A stretch of 51,580 nucleotides of DNA, filler included, from Streblomastix strix (lineage: Eukaryota): the NCBI GenBank assembly GCA_008636045.1. It is 3 parts of 3 records of this genome, joined end to end, with 100 filler letters (N's around TTAATTAATTAA, not from the genome) between each part and the next. Parts side by side here need not be neighbours in the genome. Positions count along the whole stretch, not along the records: positions 1 to 17,143 come from SNRW01000721.1; positions 17,244 to 34,364 come from SNRW01000722.1; 1 more part is not named here. One strand, written 5' to 3'. This document shows, in pieces, positions 13,362 to 27,000 of this stretch. A program made the translations under genes and the position numbers. Numbering within the stretch: position 1 is the first letter of the stretch; each line of letters starts with the position of its first letter. Under the pieces are notes generated by a model that saw nothing but the letters and a program-made list of their open reading frames with translations, made no database searches and was not told where the DNA came from.

Positions 13362-14960
13362 TCATTCATCGGCATTTATTGAGTGTTAAAGATCTATATA
13401 ATTATTTGCTGATAGTTGGTATAAAAATGATGCCGCTAATTAGCTATTGGGTAAGATAATCATTTTAGTGCGTATGCCAGTTAGGCTATTCTTATTTAGA
13501 GATAATTTGGACATTATTCCATCTTTTTAACCTAGACGAGTATTTGTACATTTCATAATTTTTCCATTAATCGTATCTAATATATTTTATTTCGTTATCA
13601 CATTTTATGATTAATTAATTCCTTTCAATTTAATTATTTCCTTTTTAACGTTGAAATAATAAATTTTTGGGGATAATGATATCATTACATCACCTTCTTT
13701 TTCAATAGCAAATCCAAATAATTTCTTTTAAGCATTTAAATCAGATGTTATTGGAAAGAAATAATTAGCGTTAGTGTCATAAAATTATTGATCGATAATG
13801 ATTTAACTAGAGCCTTAATTAATTGGTTAATTAATGTCGCCTGCAACCGCAAAGTACATTGTGTCAGTAACTCCTTCAATGAAATGAAACTTATTTTTAA
13901 AAAAGTCCTTATTCACAAAATTATATATAAAATTAAATACCAAAATTTCGCGTTTTCTAGGGTAAATTAAGCTTCCTGCAATGGCGTTGTACACTTATAT
14001 TTTTCAGTATTTAACTTGACTGCGTAAAAATTATCGTTCAATTAACGTTCATTCATAAAATTACCGGTTAAATGTGAAATGAAAGTATACGCTTTAAATT
14101 TAATTTTACATTACTAAATTTCTCTGTGTTCGTCCCAACTGACCCATAGCTTGCGTTCATAGTTATTTTACAGAATTGATCCAACACTTTATTGTTTGAT
14201 TAAATAGCTTATATCCTCCTATTCATAAATGTGTTAGCAAAAGAATTAAATTTATCGTATTTTGAAAATAGAATTAATTAGTTAATGTAATCAATGATAA
14301 AATAACAGGTGTCAATTAAGAACCATAGATAATAAGAGCTAAAGGACATAAATTAATCATAATTGGATAACAATTGAGTTAATTTTCTTTCTTCTTTATC
14401 TACCTTTATATTAATATTTTTCATAAAATTATATGTATAATTTCCAATTGTTTATTCGTTAGTGGTATATGTTAAATTCTTTAAAATAGGTGGAAAGTTA
14501 ATGTATAAATTAATGTTCTCGATATGACCTATAATTGTTGCTATAAATAATTAACCAGCAAGTGTAAATCTAGTTGGTGAATTAATTATATTTAAGCAAT
14601 GTTATTTAATTTGGGGGCAATCTACATTAATTACTTCTTAAACAGTTCCTACCATGAACATTTTATGATTAGTGTATGGATATTGTGGGTGATATTAATT
14701 GTTCATTACACTTAGATATAATGAATTAAAATCTAGTTCTATAATATTTTTTATCATATTTTATGTCTCAAAAATTTTTGCTTTATTTTCTTCAAATATT
14801 AATTTTTTTATTTTTTTTTCATTGGCAATATTAATTCGGTTTATTACATTTGAAAGTCCACCTGTTATTCCATCTTTTATGGTATGATACACTTTTGAAT
14901 TATTGATTGTTATAGATAAATTATATTTTTAACAATATTTCTTTAATTATATTAATCATT
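13362..14960 (-). pseudogene. polB: Protein-primed family B DNA polymerase, C-terminal polymerase domain
   Basis: GITGGLSNV, ELDFNSLY (motif A), KLCMNASYG (motif B), degenerate FIEGVTDTMYFA (motif C, DTDS), LSPKIYY. Stops and frameshifts present. Confidence 0.85.
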
Positions 14961-16312
14961 CTATATTCTGTCAAACACTAACTTAATTCAAGTGCATATT
15001 TTCTCGCATATTAATTATATTCAAATTTGGCTTATTATTATTTATTATCATATTTTAATTCCGATATAAACGTCAGTATTTATAAAATTTTTTATTCATG
15101 GGCTCTCTGCTTGTTCTCATAACTACTTGTGACTATTCTTCCTACATTAATTTTATCATTTTCATGAGAATGCCAATCTTATTGTTCAAATCCAACTTTT
15201 ATGGATGAATTAGAGTGTCTGATGACGGCTTACCTGCTTATTTGAAGTCTTTGTCAACGATACGCTTCACCAGGACTTTCATTTTTGAATAGAACTCAGC
15301 GTTTCGTTCATCAATGGTCATGCCCTCAAATTTCATTGCTTATAGCATTTTCAGTCTTATGTGCAAATAAAAAGTATGCCTGTCTTCTGATTGGAAGACT
15401 GTAAATTTCGTAGATGTTATGAAAATGTGTTAAATATTTATATATTTGTTGAATTACAAGTTTAAATATAAAAAATTACATGGATTGTTAAAAATAAATT
15501 ATATATTAATATATTTTACTTCAATATCAGAACGAGGGATTTTGGTAGAAAATATTGGTGAGTGGCAGCATGAGGTTTCATAATGGCAGCATCCAATTAA
15601 AATTTTCATTTTATCAGTCAATTATTCGGTTTTCAGTGGCAGCACTTATTAAATTAAAAAATTTTGAGTGGCAGCTACCATTCAAAATGACCCTTAAAAA
15701 ATCGCTGATCAGAACTATTAGTAATATCATTTTAATTCAACCTAAATTAAATAGTTTAATCTACAACACCAACGGCTATTGATAAGTAAAAAAGTCAACT
15801 AAAAATTAATTAAATGAACAAAAATCTGAACTTATGTAAAATCCTATTAAATGCGTATGAAAAGTCATTTTTAAGTTATTAAAAAAATGTGTCAATCTCT
15901 ACTAAAATTGATATTTAGTAGTGAATATGAAACAAAATGATTTTAAATTATCATTATATAGAAATTTATAGTTTGTTTGTAAAAAATATCTGTTTGTTTA
16001 TTTATATCCAAACATATTTGTTTTTGAAATTTTAGAAAAAGCATTTTCAGCATCAAATATAGAATAAACTATATTATATATTGTATTTAATTCAAATACA
16101 TCAAAATTTATTCTTAATTAATGAATAAAATATTGATAATTAAATATTGAATAATGAAATCATGTAAAATAAGTTGGGCCTTTTTAATTTTGCTTTTACG
16201 GGAATTTTAAGCTTCAATCAAAAATAACAGATCAAAGGAATGCTGTGAAGTTAAATATTTATTATTTAAACAAAGAAAGTGTGTTTATAATACAAAGTGA
16301 ATTCTTTTTTTA

Positions 16313-17143
16313 TCAATTACCATAATTACCAAATGTTTATCCGAATTGTTGATTTGGAGGAAGTTGTGTTCCTTGTTATCCGAATTGTTGATTTGGAGGA
16401 AGTTGTGTTCCTTGTTATCCGAATTGTTGATTTGGAGGAAGTTGTGTTCCTTGTTATCCGAATTGTTGATTTGGAGGAAGTTGTGTTCCTTGTAATCCGA
16501 ATTGTTGATTTGGAGGAAGTTGTGTTCCTTGTTATCCCTATTGTTGATTTGGAGGAAGTTGTGTTCCTTGTTATCCCTATTGTTAGAATTAAGGTGTAAT
16601 ACCACCACCTTATGTAGGATTGAAATTACCTGGAGGTCCAAATTGAGGTTGGATATTTTGATTAGTGGCAGAAGGATTGAATCCACCAGGTTATCCATAT
16701 TAGGATTGTTGAATAAGAGGTCCACCACCAAATTGTTAGAATGGAGGTTATATTCCACCTCCAGTAATAGTTGGTATGGGTCCACCACCAAATTGAGGTT
16801 GTCCAATCTATTAACTTTGATATGGATTTATTGTGACTTTAGGAAGGGGTTATCCATTCAATCCAACAGGACCAGCTCCAAATGATCCACCTATTGGACC
16901 ACCAATATTACCAAATTGAGGTGCAATTCCTTATGGTTGATTCTAACCTTAAGATGCAAGAGTCTTCCTGATAACTGCTTATTATACTTAGTTTTATACT
17001 TAATTCTTAGTACGATCGGTCATGAAGTCAACTTTAGGCTTAGGAGCTGCTGCTTATGGACCACCTGGAGCTGCATTATACATTCCAGCTCCAAATTGAG
17101 TTTAACCACTTTTTTATCCAATCGGTTAATTCGGTCTCCTTCT
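16313..17143 (-). CDS. Host Pro/Gln/Gly-rich low-complexity protein, C-terminal part (5'-partial at contig end)
   Basis: 277 open codons under TAR=Gln: ..QFGAGMYNAAPGGPQ..QPQFGGGP..(QQFGQQGTQLPPN)n..FGNYGN-TGA. Confidence 0.75.
16341..16584. repeat. 39-bp coding tandem repeat, about 6 copies
   Basis: Unit ccgaattgttgatttggaggaagttgtgttccttgttat at 16341, 16380, 16419, 16458, 16497, 16536. Confidence 0.95.
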
Positions 17144-17243
17144 NNNNNNNNNNNNNNNNNNNNNNNNNNNNNNNNNNNNNNNNNNNNTTAATTAATTAAN
17201 NNNNNNNNNNNNNNNNNNNNNNNNNNNNNNNNNNNNNNNNNNN
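17144..17243. other. Artificial contig-join linker
   Basis: N-run, TTAATTAATTAA, N-run; 100 nt; identical to 34365-34464. Confidence 0.95.
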
Positions 17244-18684
17244 TTGCCATTAATGTATTATTGAGTGATAAATTATCTTATTTTATTGTTATATTCTAAG
17301 GATGGAAGTTATCTAAGAATATTGTGATATTCATTGTATTTATATCATTACTCAAGTTCCTAAGTATAATTGTTGGTTTATTTGATTGAACAGGAGGTGA
17401 TGATGATGATGATATCTAAATATCTTAATGTGATTTATATTGTATATTTGGCGGAGAATTGTGTTTAACTCTGTTGTATTGAAGTTGGAGAACGTTTCCA
17501 TCAATCTTGATACCATTAACATATTTATAAGCTAATTGGGCATCTTCTTACGATGCAAAATCAACAAACCCAAAATGAGCTTTCGTTGGTAGTTATTTTG
17601 GAGGAATTGCACATTTAGTTACTTTGAATGCAGTGAAAATAAGTGTAAGTTCTTTTGTTGTCAATTTCTGATTAATACCAGTAACATATAAACTACACGC
17701 ATTGACACCATATCCAACTAAAGGTGCATTTTATATCTAAGGTCTCTTTCTAACTGGTGATAGTGGGGGAGATTTCTCATCTCTTCTCTGGAATACAATA
17801 TCAATATTTGTGCCTTCTATTGATGCATGGTTCAGAAGTTGCATCGCATCTTATGCATCTTCTTCATAATCAAACAGTGCAAATCCTAATCCAGGCTTTT
17901 GTGGCTGTGTTGATGTCATTATACGACAGGCTTTTGGATTAAATGGGGAGAAAACAAGCATGATTATTCTATCAGTAACTAAAGGAGATACATTTTTGAT
18001 GAATAATCCCTTCTTGTTGACCTTCTCTTCTACTGGACTCGGTTGATCCTGTATTTATTCTGTGGTAAATTCTGCTGATAAAATGTTTCCCTTCAATAAT
18101 GCCCCATTAGTCATCTTACAAGCACGAGAAGCTTAATCTATATTTGTAAAACCAACAATTGCTTTTGAATTTCCAAATGATGAACTTTAATCAGGAAGAA
18201 TAAAAATCTGAATAGGATTATATGTGTATAACAATGAATTTATGTCTCTATCTTATGTATCTCGGTTAAGATTCTTAATGATTATTGATGGTAATTTCAG
18301 TGGTTAAGCAGAACCTTATATCTTTCTAGTATCTAATTGTGCTTTAGGTTATATCTATTATTAATAGGAATTCATTTAGCTTGGAATTTGCTGTATTTGT
18401 TATGGTTATAACAAGGGTTATAATTATAGTCGCTAGACCGCGACTTTAGAAATTGCAACTTCAATAACAGATCCACCAACAACATTACCATCAGTATTAT
18501 TAACAGCATCTTCTGCTTCTTACTACGTCCTAAAACTAACATACGCACTACCCCTGGATATTCCAGGAGGTAGTTATTCTTTGATGACACTATAAGCACT
18601 ATAACGTGCAAATATTTTCTTTAGTTCATCTTCGCTAATGTCGTCTCCGTCCCAATTCACAGTCACAATATGTTACGCCATCAT
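17244..18684 (-). CDS. RNA-binding protein with four RRM domains (3'-partial)
   Basis: RNP1-like motifs RGSAYVSF, SKAIVGF, PGLGFALF, AHFGFVDF, each with an RNP2-like strand (IIIKNL, LFIKNV, LYVTGI). Open only with TAR=Gln. Confidence 0.85.
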
Positions 18685-19448
18685 AATCCTGAATTTCAAG
18701 ATAAAAAATAGAAATAAAAGGAAATGAATATGTAAATAATGATGGTGGTGCACATTAGTAATGAATAAGATATTGTATATATTATGAATCACAGTATGAG
18801 AGCTGAAAATTGTTATAGAAAAAGAAAATTTTATCATATTTAGTTCGCATTAGCGAATTAAAAAAATTATTATTATCAGCAAAAATAAAAAGAAATTGAT
18901 ACTAATATTAAATGGGAAATGTTAAAATGATAATATTATTCTATGGATAAGCTTAAACAGCTCGATATTCAATTATTTCATTTGGAATTGTTTACAAATT
19001 ACGCAACAAAGATAAATAATAAATAAGACAAATTTGTTAAAATAGTTGTGCAAAGTAGTTTGTATACTGGTCTCGGGTAAAATGGGTTCCAAAACTTTAA
19101 CTTTGCCAGATTATGGCCAAGCGAGTTTCTGGTTAGCAATTTAAATTCATTTATAAATTATTCTACATTGTTAGACTCTCAATAAATGCTTGAATAGACT
19201 CTGTTTATAATTGAGAATTTGATGCGTAACTTTTTTCTTGCTATTCTGCCGTAACGATTAAGACAAACTCAAAATAAAGCATATTAATTCAACTAATTTT
19301 TGTATATATTAACTTATTTATAATATTATACTGCTAATATAACATTTAATTCACATTTTGTTTTGATTTTTTTATTTATTTTTTAATTACTTGGATTTTT
19401 GTGTAAATTATAGGATAAATTATTTATTTAATTTTATTATTATTTATT

Positions 19449-20036
19449 ATGTCAGATCCTGATAAAGAATTCATAGATGATAGTAAAGATGAGCTGAAAA
19501 TAAAACCAAAGAAACGAAAACGCGAAAAACACAAACGAAAGAAGCGATCAAGAAAGCATGGTAAAGATAACGAATTTGACGATAATAGTTCATCAAGCAT
19601 TTCATCTTCCACAAGCATTTCAACTCCATCATCATCTTCAAGCACTTCATCCTAATCTTCATATGAAAAACGTAAAAGCAAGTCGAGCAAAAATCATAAA
19701 TCAAAACATTCTTCCAAATCATCAAAATCAGCAAAGCATCATGACAAACATAAGTCAAAGAAATCTAAACATTCCAAGCACAAAAGTAAGAGGAGACGAA
19801 CCCACTCACCAGATTCAGCATCATCATCAATATCATCCAGGACACCAATAGAGTCTTTGAGTGATGATGATGATGATGATGGAAGTGGATATTCATCAGA
19901 CTCATCAGATGGATAAACAAGAAGAAGTGCGATTACTGGAAGGAAGATCAAGATGCACATACCGAAGACTAAAGAAGATAAAGAGAGGGATAAGAATATG
20001 GTTATACTGAGGGAGTTCTATAATGCTTCAATTTGA
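19449..20036 (+). CDS. Lys/Ser/His-rich probable nuclear protein (195 aa)
   Basis: MSDPDKEF..KPKKRKREKHKRKKRSRK..RRSAITGRKIKMHIPKTKEDKERDKNMVILREFYNASI-TGA; continuous with TAA=Gln. Confidence 0.8.
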
Positions 20037-20151
20037 ATTAGCCACTTCTATATTTAATATATAGTCTTTAAGAGTTTTTTTGTATTGAATGTACATAAAA
20101 TAACATATTTATTTATTTTTAATAGTTGATAAAATTACAAAATATATTAAA

Positions 20152-21390
20152 TCACTAAATGAGTGCGCTTAAAACATCCTTCGTGTGCCAGAGAAGAAAA
20201 TTGTTCTTAATGATTCTTGAATTGTAGATGTAAATTTCATATTCTTCTTCACCACCTTATTCTTCTAATTGTTCTTTTACCTCTTTATATAATTGAAGAT
20301 CTGCTTTGCACCAGATGACTCCTTTTCTGAGAATATTTAATTAGTTGTGCGTGCACCAAAGTGCATTTTAAATTACAATTGAGCATTCTTCATTGCAAGA
20401 ACAGGAAATGGAAGGGAATAATACATTAGGTAATAATTTTTACTTCACAAATGTAATCTATTCTTCAGAGGCACTATTATATTACACCCATCGAATAAAT
20501 TCAAGACTTTCAATTCGAATGGAATCGAAGTTTTATTTAAGCACTAGTTAATGATCAGATTTCCTTTGAAAATGTGAAAGTATAAACATTGAATCAATTA
20601 GTTCATGGTGATTAAATCCAGGAAATGGAGAACTGTAGCTGATTAATGAATGGAGTAATTCAAGAACTCCTGCCATTACCTGTGAGTTAATTATTTGATC
20701 ATTTTGCTCCAAATGACAGAAATTTATAATCTGCTTGTTAATGAAGTTGAATATATCCTGCTCATTGATGAGATATTGTCTAACAGTGCTCAATAATGCA
20801 AATAATGTGAGAATATGTAATACAGTTGCCTATAAGTTAATACTCACTTGTTTCATATGAATGAGTGGAACTATTTTTTCTACAATATTTGTATATTTGG
20901 CAAAATGTTATCTTGTTTACTGCAGTTCAATAAGGTATCCTAAAGCATTCAATGTATTTATGTTCGAATCTGATGAATTTTAATAAGCAATTTCAATCTC
21001 ATCAAAAAAGGCTTTACTACAAATCTCTTATAATCCGATATCAATAGGCATAAGTTTCTTTATACACCCATAGATTCGTACCAATTATACAATAATGATT
21101 GAATCCATTTAATCTCCTTCTTTTTCTTTCTAAGAACTTTTTTCTCTCATTAACTCCTCAATTTTATTCACCAATCCAGAATCTTGAAGTATAGGATAAT
21201 ATTGGTTTTATTTCTATATTTAAAAAGTAAATACTCCATTTGCTGCCAATTATGCTCCATGTCTGGTGATTTATTCAATCTTTTCAAGTATACATTTTTC
21301 TTCTTAAGTGTGGCATAGTCCTAATTATTCACAAAGACTCTTGCACAATTCGATATCTGGTTCATTATTTTGGGATACTAGAGTAATCAT
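20152..21390 (-). CDS. Hypothetical alpha-helical (ARM/HEAT-like) protein, 412 aa
   Basis: MITLVSQNNEPDIELCK...EQLEEQGGEEEYE...LSALIQ-TGA; 1239-nt uninterrupted frame. Confidence 0.7.
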
Positions 21391-21938
21391 TGTGTCTTTT
21401 ATACAATAAAGATCATTTAGATAAAATATCACAAAATTGTTTGAAAATTTTGAAGAAAAATGAAAAATAAATAAAAAATTTATTTAGTAGATTTTCTAAG
21501 GTTGCAATAGATTATATTATATATTAAAATAAGAAAATATATTTCAATTGTGGCAATTTAGGTAAATATTGAATAACAATTGGTCCAGACTTTGGGGCTG
21601 GGTAGTATTGACTGAACCAAGTCGAGATGTATTGATTTCTAAGTTTATGAGCTTTACTCCCATTAACTGTGTTATTTCACCTCTCTTTTAACTGGATCAC
21701 ATCATTGTCTCAATTTAATCCATTTTTACCTTCACACAAAAGTTGCAAATATATAATAATATAATAATGTAGGTTATCAATAAAATAAAAATAATCAGAA
21801 TATTTGAGCTTTATTTATTGATGAATGGTTTCACTCATGAATTGGCATCACTCTAAATATAAAATAAGCTCAACTGTTTTATAATCCATTGTCTGATAAT
21901 ATTGGCTATCAACGCTCAATAAACAATATTATTTGTGT

Positions 21939-23358
21939 TCATTTGAAAGCTTTTCCATCTATTACTTCTAAGTTTCTTCCTTAGAATGATCCTTCCCATT
22001 CACAAATCTCTTAGAATAGTTTTCTATCTTCATCTTTATTTGGATCTGCTTTCCAGAAGTTCCATGATTCATAATCTGGACATTCTAACATTCCTTTTGG
22101 TACTTCTGTTCCTGAGAATAACCAACATCCAAGTGCATGAAGATTATCTGGTTCATTACCAAGTACAAGTACAACTCCAAATCCAATCTTTCGAATCTCA
22201 TCTAGACGTTATAAGAATCCACTAACTAAATTACTCATTTGGAAAGTCTTCTTAAATTGATCTCCATATTTATATTCACTGAAATATATACAGAAGTTCT
22301 TAAATTCATCTGCATCTAATTTCTTCCAAATCTATGGCCACATTTATGCATATTGAGCTGGTTTCGTATTTGAGTACAGACGTTTCCACCAATCAAGATA
22401 TAATGGTGCATTTGGATCTTCTACTTATTCTTCATCTTCATCTTTTTCTTCTTCTTTTTCATCTTCTTTTTCTTCTTTCTCTTATTTAGGTTCTTATTTA
22501 GGCTCTTATTTAGGCTCCTTTTCTTTCTTTCCTTATTTCTCCTTCTTTCCTTCTTTTTCTTTCTTTGGTTCTTATTCTTTCTTTTATTCTTTATCTTTTT
22601 TGGGTTCTTATTCTTTTTTAGCTTTTTCTGGTTTCTTTGGTCCTTCTGCTTTCTCACTCAATTTCACTTCTACAATCTCTCCTTTTACTGCACAGAGTCC
22701 AATGATCGTTGTGAACCAACGCACTGTGTTCACAATCTTCTCACGAACTTCGCCATCAAATAGATGCTCAAATAGTGGAATTAATGCCAATGCAGTGTTG
22801 ATATCTGCTAGAGTAACGCGCTCACCAACCAAGAACGTGCGTGTGTTGAGGAACTTGTTCAAAGTCTCTACAAACTCGGTTGCTGTCTTCCGTGCCTCGT
22901 CGAAGCTCCGTTAGTTAATTTACAAAGTGCCTTCAATTTATCCGATGAGCTCGGCAGAAGGACGTTCTACTCGGCATCGTACAAGGTCGAGCCATGAATC
23001 AACTTTGCCGGCATCTGCATCTGTACGTCCGTAGAGGTTGAAGCATGTGCCCAGCGGCTTGGACCGCGCTAAAGCTCGAATGATCGCGTTCTTGCCGTAG
23101 ACAGCCCCACAAGGAAGTTTCAGAAGTGGAAATACACCAAATGGCGACAGCTAGCTCAGTTCTTCTTTTGCCTAGCCTTCCTGATTAGGTGACACTGGTG
23201 CATTCAGTGTCACGCGGTTAATCTTTGCGACGATTTTGATTGTGCTCAGCTCAATGCCCGCTTCTCCCCAAATATCCTAAAGTAGTATATAAGTCAATAA
23301 TAAGTCAAAAATTTCAATAATCTGCTCTGCACACCAATCCTTCAGTACAGCACGCCAT
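21939..23358 (-). CDS. EEF1G: Translation elongation factor 1B gamma (exons 23335-23358 and 21939-23276)
   Basis: GST-like N-domain (SPFGVFPLL; LNTRTFLVGERVTLADI; RWFTTI), Lys/Glu linker, C-domain (LDWWKRLYSN; FQMSNLVSGFLQRLD; WEG..DGKAFK-TGA). 58-nt GT-AG intron at 23277-23334. Confidence 0.93.
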
Positions 23359-24071
23359 GTCTGTGGAGCCTTTGACTTCTCTTGATCCAGAACTTGTTGA
23401 CTCCTATTATAATAATGGTTATATTTATAATTTAATATGATTATTATTTATGTAATTTTTAATATAAAAATTTGTCCTGGTGAAATTATTTAATTTAAAT
23501 AAATTCGTTAGAAAGAGAATATCATTAAGATTGACGAGTTGCGTTTTAATCAGTCCCCTTAGTTTGGCAGTATTTATTGTGATTTTTTTGTTCGTCGATT
23601 GTACATCGTTACCACATTATTATCTGTGTAAGGACGACTACCATTCACATTAAAATTATAAAACAATTATACATCTCCTGTATAAAGTTATTAAAACTTT
23701 ATTCACCAGCGACGTTGCATATTGTTTATAAGGAATTTGGCATTAGTTTCAAACAGATAAAATTATACTCTCTTAGACTAGTAATAATTTAACATGCCTT
23801 ACAAATCTTGTGCAAGAAAATGCTTCGACTATTTTTTCCAACTTTCGCTAATAGCCACTCAAACTGCATTTTAATATTTTATATTCTATTAATAAAATTT
23901 CAAGTTATTATTTATGCTTGCCTGTTTAGACATATATTATAGTAATATCAAACTCAATGATACCTGTAACCAAATTTCAAAATTCCATTCTTTGAATTTT
24001 CCCATCATATCCACTTATATGAGTACTTATTTCTTAGTTTTTCTTATAGATACTAAATTTCTACAATACCT

Positions 24072-27000
24072 ATGGCTGGAGCTGACGAGTTTTTCGAAGT
24101 GACTTCTGACTACGCTGGAAGAGAGGGCGACGCAAGTTTCCTTCCTGTTTTGAAAGGGGATATTGTTAAAGTTATCAAAAAGGAACTTGTCCATTATATA
24201 GTAGAGAAGGATGGCCAGACTGGAAAAGTGCCAAAGAGGAAGCTTGTTGCCTGTTAGACAACTCCAAATGTTAATTAAAGCCAAATAATATAATAATCAT
24301 AAATACTCGCAAATCCTCCAACACAATCTCATTCTTCTAATCAATTGCATTAATAAGTTGTTTAAAGTTCTTTGATGTAAACAAACTTGCCAACTTCTAA
24401 GCACACATGGAATGATTGTATGTTTTTTATTCTTATTTTAATGATCAATTAAATATTTTTTATGTTAATTACTAACCAATAGATATTTATGATGATGAGC
24501 TTTCATCTGGTGCATTTGGTAGAATTGTCTTGATGCATTTATAGACAAAGTCAAAAGATGAATAAAATATTATCAAAAGACTTCCCTACAAAAAAGAAGA
24601 TAAGATCAAAATGGCAGATGAAGAAATAAAAGTATTGAATATGGTTAAATCACCCTACACTGTTCGTTTAATTGAGACATTCATTGATGGACTGGATATC
24701 TGCTTGGTTATGGAATATTGCAGTGGTGGAAATCTACGCAATGTTATGGAGAAAGATCTGAAGAAGATGTCAGATAAAGATAGAAAGATGGTTTGTATTT
24801 AATATTATGAATAAATGAAATAACTGATAATTATTCTCATATTATTTATATAATATATTAATATAATACAGAAGGGATATTCATTTGGTTATTAGATCTT
24901 AATGGGCATGGACGTTCTTCATACACAAGGAATAATCCATCGCGATTTGAAACCCGAAAATATTCTTATTAATAAATATGGGAATATAAAGATAGGTTTG
25001 TTACATAATGAATAAATATATGTTGAATAATATATAATAAATGATTTATATTTATGAATTTTTATTTGCATTTTCATTCAATTTTAATATAAATTTCATT
25101 TTTTAGTTATATTTATAAATTTACTATTATTGTCATATATAGCATTATTAATATATATTGTATTATTATGACATATACTATTATTATAATATATAGTATT
25201 AATATGTTATATTCTATTATTATCAAATGCACTATTATTATCAAATATACTATTATTATCATATATACTATTATTATCATATATTCTATTATTATCATAT
25301 ATTCTATTATTATCATATATACTATTATTATGATATATACTATTATTATGATATATACTATTATTATGATATATACTATTTTTACCACATATACTTTTAT
25401 TAGCCATATATACTTTTATTAGCCATATGTTTAGTATATTCGCCATATATTTACTATATTCGCCATATATTTACTATTTTAACCATATATTTACTAAATT
25501 TAACATATATTAAATATATTTAACATATATTTACTATTATAATCATATATTTTTTATATTTATTATTTTTTTACTATATTTATCTTTTATTTACCATATA
25601 TTTATTATTATAATCATATATTTACTTTATTCTCAATATATTTTCCTTTATAATCATTTATTAACTATATTTACGTTATATTAAATATATTTACGTTATA
25701 TTAACTACATTTACGTTATATTAACTATATTCACCTTCTATTTATTTTATTTATTGATTTCTAATTAAAATTTTTATTATTTCATTTAATTTTATACAGT
25801 TTAAATTTAAATTTATTAGATTTTTATATTCAATTCATATCCATTTATTTATATTCATTAATCTATTTTTTTTTACATCAATTTTATTATTAACTCTTAT
25901 TGTATTTATTTCTTATTCTAATATATTTATTTATTTATTTATCCAACCAAATGTCATATTTGAATCTTAATAATGTAGCCGACTTTGGACTTGCATAAAA
26001 GATGGCGAGCAAATCATATCTTCGCGCAGCTGGAACAAAGTATATTTAATAATATTATAATAATTATTTTTATCATATATTTGTAAAAAAAAAAAACGAT
26101 TAATTTCCAAATTTTATTTCATTATTTTATTCAATTTATAATCTTTAATTCTTACTGATCAGGTACTATGCTCCATATGAAGCATACACTTAGAACAGGT
26201 ATATTTAATATAAATAACTTATAATTGATAATAAATGTAAATATAAAGTTTATCATTAATTAACATATGTATAATATATATTTATTCTCACTAATGCATA
26301 TATCATAATTATAATCATAATTATTTAAATTAATATATTATATAACAGGATGATGACCGAAAGCGATGTTTGGTCAATTGGAGTAATAATAATAGAAGTT
26401 ATTACTGGAGAACATCCGTTTGAGGGTTAAACACAGGAAGAAACAATTAATAATATTAAAACTGGTTAGTTTAAACCACTTCCGAATTATATCCAATATG
26501 AAATGAAGATGATTTTAGAAAAGATGATTAACTTGGTTTGCATTAATATTTATATATATAATATAAATATTAAGATTTTATTATATATATATTTATTATA
26601 ATCTTTCAATATTTATTTATTAAAATCAGGATTATACAAAACGTCCAACAGTGAAGGAATTATTAGAAAGTGAAACTATGCAACTTATTGGAATGATTGA
26701 AAAATCAAAAGAATAAAAAGGATCCGAATAAGAAAATGAATAAATGAATAAAAAAATGAATGAACTTGAAATGAAAAATAGATCATTGGAAGCTGAGAAT
26801 GAAAAAGAAAAAAATAGAGCTAATATTACTGAATAAGAGAAATAAAAAGAAATATAAGAGAAATAAAAAGCTTAATCTGAAAGAGATTAAGAGAAAAGAA
26901 GAGCAGATACTGAACATGCTGAAGTCATACGTCTAACATCTGAATTAACAAGGCTAAACCAAACGTTGTTATCAGGTTTATTATTTGAAATTATATTTTT

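Noticed and set aside
16341..16584. Possible CRISPR array
   Set aside because: Units are contiguous with no unique spacers, and they encode an in-frame 13-aa repeat.
16285..16885. Track ORFs 16285-16806(-), 16297-16599(+) and 16502-16885(+)
   Set aside because: Shadow frames of the repeat; the coherent frame is the Q/G/P-rich one under TAR=Gln.
17144..17243. TTAATTAATTAA palindrome as a biological site, and any synteny across it
   Set aside because: It is an artificial six-frame-stop linker between contigs. The same applies to 34365-34464, so the polB copies either side of that linker are not a real tandem.
19424..19960. Overlapping ORFs on other frames and strands
   Set aside because: Shadows of the low-complexity gene 19449-20036.
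25113..25446. Ile/Tyr-rich and Asn-rich track ORFs
   Set aside because: Translations of the intronic 18-bp minisatellite.
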